From: Candidatus Andersenbacteria bacterium RIFCSPHIGHO2_02_FULL_46_16
GTDB lineage: Bacteria > Patescibacteriota > Andersenbacteria > UBA10190
Direction of reading: 5' to 3'
Length of the DNA stretch: 64,000 bases
Assembly (NCBI GenBank): GCA_001817065.1
Contig: MHHQ01000025.1
Span: 55,528-119,527, forward strand
Positions 1-10,152 of the stretch are shown piece by piece. Position 1 is the stretch's first letter, and each line of letters starts with the position of its first letter. A model generated the notes under the pieces. It ran no database searches and was not told the DNA's origin. It was given only the letters and a program-made list of their open reading frames with translations. Both the position numbers and the translations under genes were made by a program.

Positions 1-1095
1 TTTGTTTTATTAATCCCGCCTAAGTTGTCCGGCCTGCTTCGAGCGCAAACTATCGACTTGGCAAATGATCCCGATCTATCAGACATTTCTTTTATGGCGG
101 CCGCTGCCGCACAGCCAACTCCGCTAGCTTTTCAGCTTTATTATAATTATCGCCCGCCCCTAGCCTACCAATTGGCTATTTATTTACTTTTTCTGGTTTT
201 TCTACTCGCCTCTCGTCGTTCATTACTGCACCCGTCGGTTCTCATGGCTTACGTTGTCTTTAGCACCGTTGCTTTTCTCAGTCCGGCGGCCATGCTTGGT
301 TATTACTCATGGTCATTAACATTAGCTTTTATCGCCTCGCTTAGCGGCACAATTTTGCTTTTACAATCATATAGCTTGACGCCATCAGCCATCTTTTTAG
401 GTGCCAATGCGTTTGCCTTTTCAACCTATTTCGCTTTGCATGCTCAAGCTGGACGGGATCAACTCTTAGTATTTTCGTTTATTCCCTTAGTTTTATGGTT
501 TATTCATATTAAAATAAGACCCAATTATCGATGGGCGCTTGCCTTAGTGCTGCTGGCGCTTTTAGCCTCTTTGTTTTTAGCTCCGTATCAGCCGCCGTCG
601 CCAAGTCCCGCTTTGGTGGCCAACTTAAAAGACATCCTGCTCGACCCAAACCAAATAGCTACGGCTGATAAATTTCAAGCCGCTTACCTTGCCCTGCAAA
701 TACCACAGGGCGACCCGTCCACTATCTTGCAGTCTGGCGGTTGGGATAATTTCGGCAGCTATATTGGTATCATTAATTTAAGCTTGGCTCTGATTGGGTT
801 AGCTGCGAGCGCCAAGCGATATTGGTTTATCACCCTCCTCGGTCTGTTCGGTTTGTTGCTGGCTGCCACGCCCATCACACTTTTGCTGATTGACCGCTTC
901 TTCCTGCCGGCGCAGTATCTAATCATATTACTCACGTTTGCGTTAGCCTTTTTCTCGGCCTTTGGTTTATTCAAACTCTACCGCTTTCTCGGTCCCAGCC
1001 GTGTTACTTCATTCATCATCTACTCAATTACCATTTTCGCCTTGTTTGACTTACTTAATGTGACAAGCAAAACCCTTCAGTTCGGTTTGCTATGA
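1..1095 (+). CDS. Polytopic membrane protein, 5'-partial. The frame is open to the window edge; the track ORF 25..1095 begins at an internal TTG.
   Basis: ORF track 25..1095. Codons 1-24 in the same frame contain no stop, so the gene continues upstream. The translation is mostly hydrophobic helices (LAIYLLFLVFLLA, LALVLLALLASLFLA, LLGLFGLLLAATPITLLLI). The stop overlaps the next start (ATGA at 1092-1095). Confidence 0.6.
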   Translation, partial: FVLLIPPKLSGLLRAQTIDLANDPDLSDISFMAAAAAQPTPLAFQLYYNYRPPLAYQLAIYLLFLVFLLASRRSLLHPSVLMAYVVFSTVAFLSPAAMLGYYSWSLTLAFIASLSGTILLLQSYSLTPSAIFLGANAFAFSTYFALHAQAGRDQLLVFSFIPLVLWFIHIKIRPNYRWALALVLLALLASLFLAPYQPPSPSPALVANLKDILLDPNQIATADKFQAAYLALQIPQGDPSTILQSGGWDNFGSYIGIINLSLALIGLAASAKRYWFITLLGLFGLLLAATPITLLLIDRFFLPAQYLIILLTFALAFFSAFGLFKLYRFLGPSRVTSFIIYSITIFALFDLLNVTSKTLQFGLL

Positions 1096-2702
1096 AAAAC
1101 CCGTCGTCATCTACTAATATCGAATCTGAATTTTCGCAAACAGCTGCCTCGGCGGGAATGATTGGCCTGGCTGCTTTTGCCGGTTCCTTCATAGGCTTCT
1201 TCTTGCAGCTGTTAGTTGCCTTTTACTTTGGCGCATCCAATCAAACAGATGCTTACTTTATGGCTCTTTCAACCTCCGAGCTGTTGTCTAAGTTGCTGTT
1301 GGGAGGTTCCATTACGGCGGTTTTTCTGCCGATGTTTGTTAATCGTCTAGCGCAGGGTCAATCTCAGCAGGCTTGGCAAATGGCGTTAAATTTATTGCAC
1401 TTAACTTTTCTTGCCTTCATTGTCTTACTGTCTATTCTAGTCATCTTCGCTAGTCCTTTCATTTCATTCATTTCACCCGGTTTCGATTCATCAACCCATG
1501 AGCTGACGACTCGTCTGCTGCTTGTCCTGTTGCCCTCCTTCGCCTTGCTTTACCTGGTTGAATTAACTACTGCCATGCTGCAGGCCTTGCATCATTTTTT
1601 AATTCCGTCGCTCCTGCGCATTGTTTCGCCGTGTGTTTCCATTATTGCCATTTTAATGTTAGTGAAGTTTGTTGGCATTTATGCCTTAGCCGTGGGTGTG
1701 GTTGTCGGATCATTTATTCAGCTTGGCATATTACTCACAGCCTTACATCGGCAGGGTTTTTCCTATCATTTTGTTTTCCAGCCATTCGATCCAGCCATAA
1801 AAAAACTTCTTTATTTAACCTATCCGTTCTTATTGTCTGTTCTCGTAACTCAGGGAGCCGGCATAACCTATCGCATCCTAGTTTCTGATCTCGCCCCTGG
1901 CAGCCTGGCCGCCATTAAGTTTGCCGAAAAAATTACTCAATTACTGACCATCATCTTTCTTAATTCCGTCACCATGGTCATCTATCCTATCATGTCCACT
2001 AAGGCGGCACGTCACGACATGATCGGGATGCGTGATACAATCTCCAGCAGTATTCGTCTAATATTTTTCGTGACTATGCCCATTATCACCGGTGTTGCGT
2101 TACTACGCTTACCCATTGTCTCGTTTATTTACCAGCGTGGTTCTTTCTCAGCTACCGACGCTGCCCTTACCAGCGTGGCTCTGCTCTTTCTAGTTATTGG
2201 CTTAACGACTAATGGCATAAGCTCTGTCCTTGGACATGCTACTCTAGCCCTCCAGGAAACGCGTGCGGCGGTAGCAGTTACTATCGCCTCTCAAGCCATC
2301 GCCATCTCCCTGTTTGTCCTGTTGGTGCCCAAACTTGCCCATGCTGGTCTAGCCCTAGCTTCCTCATTGGTGCCCCTGGCTATCGCCCTGCTCTATTTCC
2401 TCTACCTGACCCGATTCATCCCTCATTTATCCGTCATATTTTATCATGCTACATATACCAAAACCGCCATCCTCGCTCTGGTTATGGGTATTCTGGTTTT
2501 TCTAGTCAGTCCTTGGTCTACTTTAGTCACCGACCATCAACAAATTTCCCTATTCCTACAAATATTACTGCCCAGTATTATTGGCGCTACCTTCTTTCTA
2601 GTCGGTGCCTATCTCTGGCGCATCCCTGAACTTATCCAACTGCTCAAGCTATTTCGTACTCGCTGGTCAAAACTGTCCACTATTTTTCATCGCCCATCTT
2701 AA
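1092..2702 (+). CDS. murJ: MurJ/MviN-family lipid-linked oligosaccharide flippase (MOP superfamily)
   Basis: 536 aa with about 14 predicted TM helices. The N-terminal block FGASNQTDAYFMALSTSELLSKLLLGGSITAVFLPMFV matches the conserved MurJ/MviN signature (FGxSxxTDAFFvAfxiPnll...FvPv). Confidence 0.7.
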   Translation: MKNPSSSTNIESEFSQTAASAGMIGLAAFAGSFIGFFLQLLVAFYFGASNQTDAYFMALSTSELLSKLLLGGSITAVFLPMFVNRLAQGQSQQAWQMALNLLHLTFLAFIVLLSILVIFASPFISFISPGFDSSTHELTTRLLLVLLPSFALLYLVELTTAMLQALHHFLIPSLLRIVSPCVSIIAILMLVKFVGIYALAVGVVVGSFIQLGILLTALHRQGFSYHFVFQPFDPAIKKLLYLTYPFLLSVLVTQGAGITYRILVSDLAPGSLAAIKFAEKITQLLTIIFLNSVTMVIYPIMSTKAARHDMIGMRDTISSSIRLIFFVTMPIITGVALLRLPIVSFIYQRGSFSATDAALTSVALLFLVIGLTTNGISSVLGHATLALQETRAAVAVTIASQAIAISLFVLLVPKLAHAGLALASSLVPLAIALLYFLYLTRFIPHLSVIFYHATYTKTAILALVMGILVFLVSPWSTLVTDHQQISLFLQILLPSIIGATFFLVGAYLWRIPELIQLLKLFRTRWSKLSTIFHRPS

Positions 2703-2720
2703 TCTTTACCTCATATTTTA

Positions 2721-3812
2721 TTGACTATGACATTTGCCGTCGTTGAATATTCCAGTAAATCGGGCGATATTTGGCAGCACACCAAGGAGCGGCCCAATTA
2801 CCTCTGTGATCCATCTCTCGAAATGGATCCGACCAGTTTTGGTTGCTATGTTTCTGCTATGTTGGGTGAACATATTCCTCTTACCAAAATTATTAATACT
2901 GCCAGTTTTGTAAATCGTCTCTATCGCCAAATAAACGGTCACTGGCCAAATCAGTATTCATTGGACTATTTTGGCAAATTTGACCGTTTGCTGGTGATTC
3001 ATGAAGCTGCCAACAGTGGTACAATTACCTCCTTTATTCGCCGACTTAAGTCCCGATACCCGCACTTGAAAATTCTTGGCGTTCCCACCCAGCCCTATGG
3101 CCTCCTGCAGATGCAATGGCAGCATGATCACCAAATTTTGACTAACCTGCAAGAGTTTAGTCAGGCCTGTGATGCCTTCATCACCATTGCCAAAAGTACT
3201 ACACAGTCTTGGCAAAACATTACCCATCGCCCTGTTTATTACCTGCCCCAGCCCTATCCCGTCGAATTTGCTATAAAATATTGGCGGTCACAAGCTGAAA
3301 AAAAACCAATTATTTTTGTTTCTGGCATAACTGATCGGCCTAAAATCATCCTGGGTCATCAAGCCGCGATCGCCCTGCAAAATCAATTTCCTGATCATGT
3401 TATTCATGTGACTGCCACGCCCAACACACCTCTGGACCTATCAGTCTTAGCCGGTGCAAATTATCAAGTGCAGCCATTTCTGCCGTGGCACGACCATCTG
3501 CGCTATTTGTCTTCAGTTAAGCTAGTTATTAATACCGACTTCACGCAAACCCGCGGCCGTGTCCAAATGGATTGTGCGGCAATCGGCACCCCCTCTGTTG
3601 GTGCTGATTCAGACGCTCAAAGCGACCTTTTTCCCCAGCAAGCAGCCAGCCTCCAGAGTTCTGTCGCAGACATCACCACTGCCGCAGGTCACCTGTTAGC
3701 CAACGACCACAAATATCAAGAGACAGTAAATTTTGCCCAGGCAAAACTTCCCTTCTATAACTACGATCAAAGTGCTCAGCGTCTCAATCACCTATATTCA
3801 TTAATCAATTAA
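2721..3812 (+). CDS. Hypothetical protein, GT-B-like C-terminal half (possible glycosyltransferase)
   Basis: 363-aa ORF, soluble, operonic with flanking glycosyltransferases. The C-terminal segment IIFVSGITDRPKIILGH...VKLVINTDFTQTRGRVQMDCAAIGTPSVG resembles the nucleotide-sugar-binding half of GT-B enzymes. No definitive motif. Confidence 0.35.
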   Translation: MTMTFAVVEYSSKSGDIWQHTKERPNYLCDPSLEMDPTSFGCYVSAMLGEHIPLTKIINTASFVNRLYRQINGHWPNQYSLDYFGKFDRLLVIHEAANSGTITSFIRRLKSRYPHLKILGVPTQPYGLLQMQWQHDHQILTNLQEFSQACDAFITIAKSTTQSWQNITHRPVYYLPQPYPVEFAIKYWRSQAEKKPIIFVSGITDRPKIILGHQAAIALQNQFPDHVIHVTATPNTPLDLSVLAGANYQVQPFLPWHDHLRYLSSVKLVINTDFTQTRGRVQMDCAAIGTPSVGADSDAQSDLFPQQAASLQSSVADITTAAGHLLANDHKYQETVNFAQAKLPFYNYDQSAQRLNHLYSLIN

Positions 3813-3825
3813 TAGTAAATTCGTT

Positions 3826-4923
3826 ATGACCACTTCAGCTGCTCCCGCCAAATCTGCTTCCCCCAAATTTCTTCTTCGACACGTCGGCAACATGGGAGAT
3901 ATGATTTTTATTGTCCCGCCAGTCTTGTCTGCCCTAAAGAAAACCTACCCCCACTGTCACATAACTTTTGTCACTTCCTGGGGTTACAAGCACACTGCTG
4001 GATTACTCCCGCCTTTTAACCAAACGATCTGGGGCCAGCGCAATCAAAGCGGTCATAGCCTTCATCTCATCATGACGAATCCCCACATCGATCAACTGGT
4101 TCATTGGCATGATAAAAAACTGTCGCTAAATAATCGCTTGTGCCGCGAGGACGAGCGCTCCTTTCCTACCTGGAGCAAGGCTTATTATGAGCAACAAGTT
4201 AAATCCGGTACTTATGACAAAGTTATCGAGCTAGACTTTGGTCTATCCGCAACCGACAACCCCATTACGCGTGCTTTCCAGTTGTCCGGCTTAAGCCTTA
4301 ACAATCCGCTCAACTACCAAATATATTTTACTGATTCCGATCTGCAAAAGGCCGAGGCTCTTACAGCGAAATTTCCTCAGCCCCGTATTGTTTTACTGGA
4401 GAGCTTGGCTCACCCATCCACTCGTGGTTGGGATCCCGCTAAAGGGAAACAACTAACTGCAGCTATCGTCAAAGAATATGATGTTGAGCCGATCTGGTTC
4501 GGAGCTAAATTCAACCATTTTTTTCTTGGTCAGCCATTATCGCTGCGCGAAAATATTGCGACCTTGCGATTTTGCACCGTCGGAATTGGTGTATTATCCG
4601 GTCCTTTGCACTTTGCTGCGGCTGCCGGACTGCCCACGATAACTCTTTATTGTGATCATCCATTGCGGCGAGCGGCTCCCGCCTTCTTTCAGAATCCTAC
4701 GCTACCTGATACAGCTGTAAAACATCGCACTATCTTAGGGCCGCACCGGTTTCCTATGACCATATTGAAGGGTGGCACCGCCTCTCTCTCATTAACACCC
4801 GCTGAACTGGCCACACAAAACTTCACTCATTGGTCTAACCCTGGCCGCCAGTCCACTAAAAGCGGCCTGGCCGTTATCACTGTGGATGAAGTAATGACTG
4901 TACTGAATGATATGCTTAAATAA
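3826..4923 (+). CDS. Glycosyltransferase family 9 (heptosyltransferase-like)
   Basis: N-terminal LLRHVGNMGDMIFIVPPVLSALKKTYPHCHITFVT is similar to RfaF/WaaC (ILIIRLSALGDVIlTlPalraLk..yP.a.idwlv). C-terminal TLRFCTVGIGVLSGPLHFAAAAGLPTITLY is similar to ...GNDSGPMHLAAALGTPTVALFG. Confidence 0.7.
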   Translation: MTTSAAPAKSASPKFLLRHVGNMGDMIFIVPPVLSALKKTYPHCHITFVTSWGYKHTAGLLPPFNQTIWGQRNQSGHSLHLIMTNPHIDQLVHWHDKKLSLNNRLCREDERSFPTWSKAYYEQQVKSGTYDKVIELDFGLSATDNPITRAFQLSGLSLNNPLNYQIYFTDSDLQKAEALTAKFPQPRIVLLESLAHPSTRGWDPAKGKQLTAAIVKEYDVEPIWFGAKFNHFFLGQPLSLRENIATLRFCTVGIGVLSGPLHFAAAAGLPTITLYCDHPLRRAAPAFFQNPTLPDTAVKHRTILGPHRFPMTILKGGTASLSLTPAELATQNFTHWSNPGRQSTKSGLAVITVDEVMTVLNDMLK

Positions 4924-5002
4924 CTCGCCTTGCTCCTCTTTGTCGCCTGTCATAATTTACATATAGGGCTGCCTTAACTAATATTATTTTTTAAATTCAA
5001 TT

Positions 5003-5764
5003 ATGACCATCCCATCCCCTGCCCCGGATCCTATTGCACACAAAAATCGCCCGTTTGATGCTGGTTCGGTTTGGGTGGTTATTCCCACTTACAATGAAAA
5101 ACTAAATATTGTTCGTCTGATTGCCGAAATATTCTCGCTTCCTTTGCCTCATCTAAGTCTATTAGTCGTCGATGATAACTCACCAGACGGCACTGGTGCC
5201 TTAGTAACCCAACTCCAAAGCCAATACCCTAAACTTTTTCTTCTGTCGCGCCCCAAAAAAAATGGTTTAGGACGGGCTTATGTTGATGGATTTGATTATG
5301 CCATTAAACAGGGCGCGAATACTATCGTACAAATGGACGCTGATTTCTCACATAATCCAGCTGACATTCCGCGTCTTCTTCAGGCACTAACTGATCAAGA
5401 CGTCGTTATCGGTTCACGATATGCGCACGGCATTAGCGTTATTAACTGGCCGCTGCATCGTTTACTGCTTAGTACTAGTGCCAATATCTATGCTGGTTTT
5501 GTCACCGGCATGCCATTCAAAGACTGTACCGGTGGTTTTCGTGCTTGGCGTGCATCTACTTTAACCGCAATCAATTTTTCCGATATCCAAGTTGACGGTT
5601 ATGGTTTTCAGATAATTATGCTCTACCGCACTTGGCGACAGCCCAGTCGCATTATTGAGGTACCTATCATCTTCACTGAACGTCGTGAAGGTCAATCCAA
5701 AATGACCAATAGTATAATTGCTGAGGCAATGATCTTGGTCTGGAAACTGCGCTTATTTGGCTAA
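5003..5764 (+). CDS. GT2 polyprenyl-phosphate glycosyltransferase (dolichol-phosphate mannosyltransferase DPM1/GtrB-like)
   Basis: VWVVIPTYNEKLNI...LLVVDDNSPDGTGALV...KNGLGRAYVDGFDYA...IVQMDADFSHNP is the canonical DPM1-type GT-A block order, with DxD = DAD. Confidence 0.8.
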   Translation: MTIPSPAPDPIAHKNRPFDAGSVWVVIPTYNEKLNIVRLIAEIFSLPLPHLSLLVVDDNSPDGTGALVTQLQSQYPKLFLLSRPKKNGLGRAYVDGFDYAIKQGANTIVQMDADFSHNPADIPRLLQALTDQDVVIGSRYAHGISVINWPLHRLLLSTSANIYAGFVTGMPFKDCTGGFRAWRASTLTAINFSDIQVDGYGFQIIMLYRTWRQPSRIIEVPIIFTERREGQSKMTNSIIAEAMILVWKLRLFG

Positions 5765-5785
5765 CTCCATAGCCGCTCCTGCTTC

Positions 5786-8020
5786 GTGAAGTCTTTTCTC
5801 GTCAAATTAGCCGCCGCTTATTATCCGCTGCTGTTTGTATTACTTGTTATCTCCGCCTCCTTTTATCCTCTGCTAATTGGCCGCTTTTTTGCTATCGGTG
5901 ATATCCGTGATGTCTATATTCCGATTGAGCAATTCTTTCATACGCAGGTTGTGCAAGGCCATCTGCCGGCGTGGCTGGCTGATGCGGCCTGGGGATTCCC
6001 GGTTATCGCGTCAGCCCAAATCGGCTTTTTTTATCCGCCCTTGCTGGCACTACGGCAACTGCCCCTGTCTGTCTATTTGCCTATTTTGCTGTTGGCTCAT
6101 TTTCTGTGGCTAGGACTAGGAACTTTTTTGTTTTACCGGCGTTTTTGCGCACCCTCATCCGCCGCTGTTGGTGCACTCTCGTTTTCCTTAGGGGGTTATA
6201 TTGTCTTACACCTTACTCACCTCAATATCATATTTTCTCTAGCCTGGTTACCTTGGCAATTCTTATTAATTTACCGCCTCGCCTCGCGTCCCCTAGCACA
6301 TCGTACGATCCTTTATCTGGGGCTATTACTAGCCATCCCCTTTCTGGTGGGACAAATACAAATACCCCTCCTTATGTTCATCATTTCTTCTGTCTGGTTC
6401 TTATACCTTCGCCATCACTTTGCTTTTTCCTGGACTTGCTCTTTTGTTGTCTTAGTCGTAGTGGCTGCTTTGGTCGTATTGATGAGTTCTGTACAGCTGC
6501 TGCCCACCTATGAACTAATGACACAGTCTACTCGCGATATTTCTTCTGCTTCCTTTGATATCATGCGTGCCAACCAGCACAGTTTCCCTGTCTATCATTT
6601 GCCCACTCTCCTTTTCCCCCGTTTCTTTGCCAACGATGACATGTATTGGGGGCGTCGTCTGCAAATCGAGTATGGCGTTTATATAGGCACATTTCCTCTC
6701 ATCGCTGCCTTACTTTTTCTCTTTCGTCCTCGCTCTAAAGACCAGCCATCATTGCCAACTAATTTATATGATGTCACGCCTTTCTTTCTTATCTTGTTGA
6801 TCACCTCATTTTTGTTGGCCCTGGGTTCCCTCTCACCATTTCGCCTGCTTAAAATTGAACCGTCGCTATGGGTTTTTTCCGCTCCGGCACGCTGGCTGCT
6901 TTTTACTAGTTTTTCTTTTTCTTTTTTTGCCGCTACGGGAGCTGATCGCTATTTTAAGCAGCCAGCCTCTTACCGACAATTATTTCGTAGATTATTCCTT
7001 ATCCTTCTGCCCTTTTTGATCGTTTGCCAATTGATCTTATGGTTTCTCGTCAACTATTCATCAGTCTGGCTCTACCCTTATTTGTCATCAGCCCATCAAC
7101 AGAAAATATCATCACTAATCTCCAGTGCCAGTCAGTCCAGCGTAAGTTTAGCATCGCTCTACACGTGGCTGCCTCTCCTGATTATTTTTGTCATCTCTTG
7201 TCGCTTTGTTTTACGCCACCCCGTACGCTGGGTATTGTCATTAACCGCGCTGGAATTGTCTCTGCTCTTTATTACCACCACGCCGACTTTGCCTTGGGCA
7301 GACATTATTTCCCCTCCCGCTACTCTATCTAGCTTGCCTTTATCCGTGCGGAGCGGACAAGCCCGGCTATATTCGATCCGGGAAGGTGGCGACACTGGTG
7401 CTTACTTTACTAACCCAAACTCGCGGGCCAATGCCACATTACGTCAGCAGCAGCGCCAACTATTTGTTCCCCTTATCCACACACAGTTTAACTTACCGGG
7501 TATTGAATGGCCTGCCTCCCTTGATCTAGGTGCCCACTCCGCTATTTTCTCTAAGCTTCGTACTGATGATAGCTACGAGCTGACGAATACCTCTCTCGCC
7601 AAACAATTAAATATCGGCGCTGTCCTCAAATCATCCGACCAATCCATCTCAGTTAGCACTACCGATTATGCACCGCGTTTAGAACTTATCTCGTCCAATA
7701 GTATCAGCACGCCTCTGGCTTATCCCAAAAGTACCAACGGATCATTTTCGATTGACTTGGATGTACCGCAGCTGTCCACTTTAGTGGTGCGTGACTCATA
7801 TTATCCAGGCTGGCGTGCTACAATTGATGCCAGACCAACGACTATTTCAGTCTATCAAGACATCTTCCGCCAAATCTCAGTTCCGGCCGGTCGCCACCAA
7901 GTAACTTTTTCTTATTATCCCGCTTACCTATATGTTGGTCTCATCATTACTTCCCTAACTCTTAGCCTTATCATCATTTGGTTATTTTTCACCCTCTTTT
8001 ATCATCGTTTTTACCAGTAA
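5786..8020 (+). CDS. YfhO-family large polytopic membrane glycosyltransferase-like protein
   Basis: 744 aa with more than 12 TM helices, then an extracytoplasmic C-terminal domain and a final TM. The C-terminus DSYYPGWRATIDARPTTISVYQDIFRQISVPAGRHQVTFSYYPAYLYVGLIITSL matches the conserved YfhO terminal motif (YsPGWkaxVdGkxvxi..adgaFraVxvpaGkHtVef.YrP). It lies directly after a DPM1-like GT2, like the CsbB/YfhO pairing. Confidence 0.6.
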   Translation: MKSFLVKLAAAYYPLLFVLLVISASFYPLLIGRFFAIGDIRDVYIPIEQFFHTQVVQGHLPAWLADAAWGFPVIASAQIGFFYPPLLALRQLPLSVYLPILLLAHFLWLGLGTFLFYRRFCAPSSAAVGALSFSLGGYIVLHLTHLNIIFSLAWLPWQFLLIYRLASRPLAHRTILYLGLLLAIPFLVGQIQIPLLMFIISSVWFLYLRHHFAFSWTCSFVVLVVVAALVVLMSSVQLLPTYELMTQSTRDISSASFDIMRANQHSFPVYHLPTLLFPRFFANDDMYWGRRLQIEYGVYIGTFPLIAALLFLFRPRSKDQPSLPTNLYDVTPFFLILLITSFLLALGSLSPFRLLKIEPSLWVFSAPARWLLFTSFSFSFFAATGADRYFKQPASYRQLFRRLFLILLPFLIVCQLILWFLVNYSSVWLYPYLSSAHQQKISSLISSASQSSVSLASLYTWLPLLIIFVISCRFVLRHPVRWVLSLTALELSLLFITTTPTLPWADIISPPATLSSLPLSVRSGQARLYSIREGGDTGAYFTNPNSRANATLRQQQRQLFVPLIHTQFNLPGIEWPASLDLGAHSAIFSKLRTDDSYELTNTSLAKQLNIGAVLKSSDQSISVSTTDYAPRLELISSNSISTPLAYPKSTNGSFSIDLDVPQLSTLVVRDSYYPGWRATIDARPTTISVYQDIFRQISVPAGRHQVTFSYYPAYLYVGLIITSLTLSLIIIWLFFTLFYHRFYQ

Positions 8021-8029
8021 CTATTATTT

Positions 8030-9241
8030 ATGAAAATCAGCATCTCTGTTCCCAGCGGCTATCATGCCCGAGAAATCCTCTTTCCGCTGCAGTCTTTGTT
8101 AACCGACGACCCGTCCATCTCATCAGTCTTTGTGATAACTCCAGCGGCCGAGTGGCACCAACAATTATTCCCTGATTTTGCCTCTAAGTTTTCCTTCCAC
8201 CCAAATGCCTTCACCCCTGAGGGTCATGAGCATTTGCTCTCTGACCTTAAGCCCGACTTGGTCTTAACTCCTACCATGGGCCTTGATCTCAAAGACACCC
8301 CTCTCATTCTTGCTGCCCGTCGGCTGAATATCCCCACCTTAACTTTTGTTTCCAGCTGGGACAATGTATTCAAGATAGCCCGCCTCATCCGTCATGGCCA
8401 CGCCAAACATATCTCTAATGTCAGTGTTGCTTATGCATTACCTGATTATTTTGCCGTTTGGAACCAATATAATTCCGATCATCTTTTTCGCCTTCTTCCT
8501 CAACTCAAACCTGCTCAAGTCGTTATTACTGGGCCACCCCGTTTCGATTATTTTACTCACACCGATCGAATACCATCCAAGGCTGATGTATATCGTTACC
8601 TCAACATTAAATCAGACCCGGCAGTAACCAGCCTAGTCCATTGTGCCACCACTGAGCTTTATCCGTTTAATTATATTATTAAACAGATCCATAGCGCGGT
8701 CGTCTCTCGCCGCTTGACCACCCCTATCGAACTATATGCTTCCGTCCATCCTGGTGGAAATATGTCCAAACACCAAGGTTATGCCAAGTATGGTGTGACT
8801 ACCCGTTATTCATTTGGTCGTCGGGACTCCGCTCCTCATCCAGATTTTCTCTTTTTGCCTACAACCACAGAAATGTATTATCTCGTCGCTTTGTTTCAGC
8901 ACTCTTCATTATTAGTTAATCAATCATCAACCGTCGCCATTGAATCAATGCGCGCAAACGTACCGGTCATTAATGTTATGTATGGCCGGTCTTTAGACTG
9001 GTGGCGCTGGCGCCACTCCATGGTTTATCGCGACTTTAATCAACATTATCGATATATCACCGACAACAAAGGCACTTCTTTAGTTAAACACCGCCGCTCA
9101 CTATTACCCGCCATTAATGTCTGCCTTAACAACCCGGCGTATAAAAGCTTTGAGCGTGCGTACACCGTACAAGAAATTATCACTAATTCCGACGGCCGCT
9201 GCGGCCGTCGCTTGATTGATTTGGCAAAAAGTCTGGTTTGA
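8030..9241 (+). CDS. Hypothetical GT-B-fold protein (MurG/LpxB/TagF-like architecture), function unknown
   Basis: 403-aa soluble ORF. The N-terminus MKISISVPSGYHAREILFPL and the C-terminal SSLLVNQSSTVAIESMRANVPVINVMYG resemble the two Rossmann halves of UDP-sugar GT-B enzymes. No family-specific motif was identified. Confidence 0.35.
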   Translation: MKISISVPSGYHAREILFPLQSLLTDDPSISSVFVITPAAEWHQQLFPDFASKFSFHPNAFTPEGHEHLLSDLKPDLVLTPTMGLDLKDTPLILAARRLNIPTLTFVSSWDNVFKIARLIRHGHAKHISNVSVAYALPDYFAVWNQYNSDHLFRLLPQLKPAQVVITGPPRFDYFTHTDRIPSKADVYRYLNIKSDPAVTSLVHCATTELYPFNYIIKQIHSAVVSRRLTTPIELYASVHPGGNMSKHQGYAKYGVTTRYSFGRRDSAPHPDFLFLPTTTEMYYLVALFQHSSLLVNQSSTVAIESMRANVPVINVMYGRSLDWWRWRHSMVYRDFNQHYRYITDNKGTSLVKHRRSLLPAINVCLNNPAYKSFERAYTVQEIITNSDGRCGRRLIDLAKSLV

Positions 9242-9264
9242 CAAATTAACAGAGTATCCCTTTA

Positions 9265-10152
9265 ATGACTGTTCACTATTCATCTGCTATGAAATTTCAT
9301 TATATCTCTCACCCCCGGCGTAATCCTGCTATTACTGCCTCTTTGCAGAAAGCTTGTTTAAGCCGCAGCATCGAGTTTATCCAGGTGAATCCATTTCACT
9401 TTGATTTTACGGATTTTTCGCAAATACCGGCCCCTGGTGATGCTATTTATCGCTCACTAGCTACTACTGCTCACAATGGCTTATCTCGTACTGTAGAAAG
9501 ATGGTTGATCCATCGGCAGGTCGCTACGCTTTACTCCTCCTATGAACGCGCTCTCAGCCAATGGCCACAATCCTATGTCATTCATGCCAAACATAGTTTG
9601 CCCCAACCGATCACCATTTGGAACGTACCGCGCGATCGCCAGTTGATTGATCGTTATGTGGAGTTTGTCCACGGATATCCGGTGATAATCAAGGTTACTG
9701 GCGGAAGCCATGGCGTTGGTGTTATAAAAGTTGACTCCCCCGCTTCCCTTTATTCATTAATAGATTATCTGCATGGCACCTGTACCCAGACTATTATGCG
9801 GCAATTTATAACGGCTCGGCACTCAGCGCGCTTAATTGTTTTAGCCGACCAAGTAATTGCCGCCATCGAATATAGTACCCCTGCCCACGATTTCCGCACC
9901 AACATTGGCCACAATCCTATCGTCAAGGCCAAGCAATTCTCGGCTGACATTAATAAATTAGCTGTGCAAGCCGTTGCCACCATGGGAAATTTATTTGGTG
10001 GTGTCGATATCTTAATTGACGCTAAAGGTCAGCCTTACATTACGGAAATGAATTTCCCCTGCAATTTTGCCCGTGCCGCTGCCGCCACCAACATAGATAT
10101 AGCCAGCCTGCTAGTCAACTTTCTGCAGGACGAAGCGAAAACCCATGTTTAA
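9265..10152 (+). CDS. ATP-grasp ligase, RimK/LysX-like (amino-acid ligase)
   Basis: GYPVIIKVTGGSHGVGVIKV is the ATP-grasp phosphate-binding loop. HDFRTNIGHNP matches the RimK-family DFRSNlhrGG motif. The C-terminal ITEMNFPCNF fits the EMN/ExN metal site. Confidence 0.7.
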   Translation: MTVHYSSAMKFHYISHPRRNPAITASLQKACLSRSIEFIQVNPFHFDFTDFSQIPAPGDAIYRSLATTAHNGLSRTVERWLIHRQVATLYSSYERALSQWPQSYVIHAKHSLPQPITIWNVPRDRQLIDRYVEFVHGYPVIIKVTGGSHGVGVIKVDSPASLYSLIDYLHGTCTQTIMRQFITARHSARLIVLADQVIAAIEYSTPAHDFRTNIGHNPIVKAKQFSADINKLAVQAVATMGNLFGGVDILIDAKGQPYITEMNFPCNFARAAAATNIDIASLLVNFLQDEAKTHV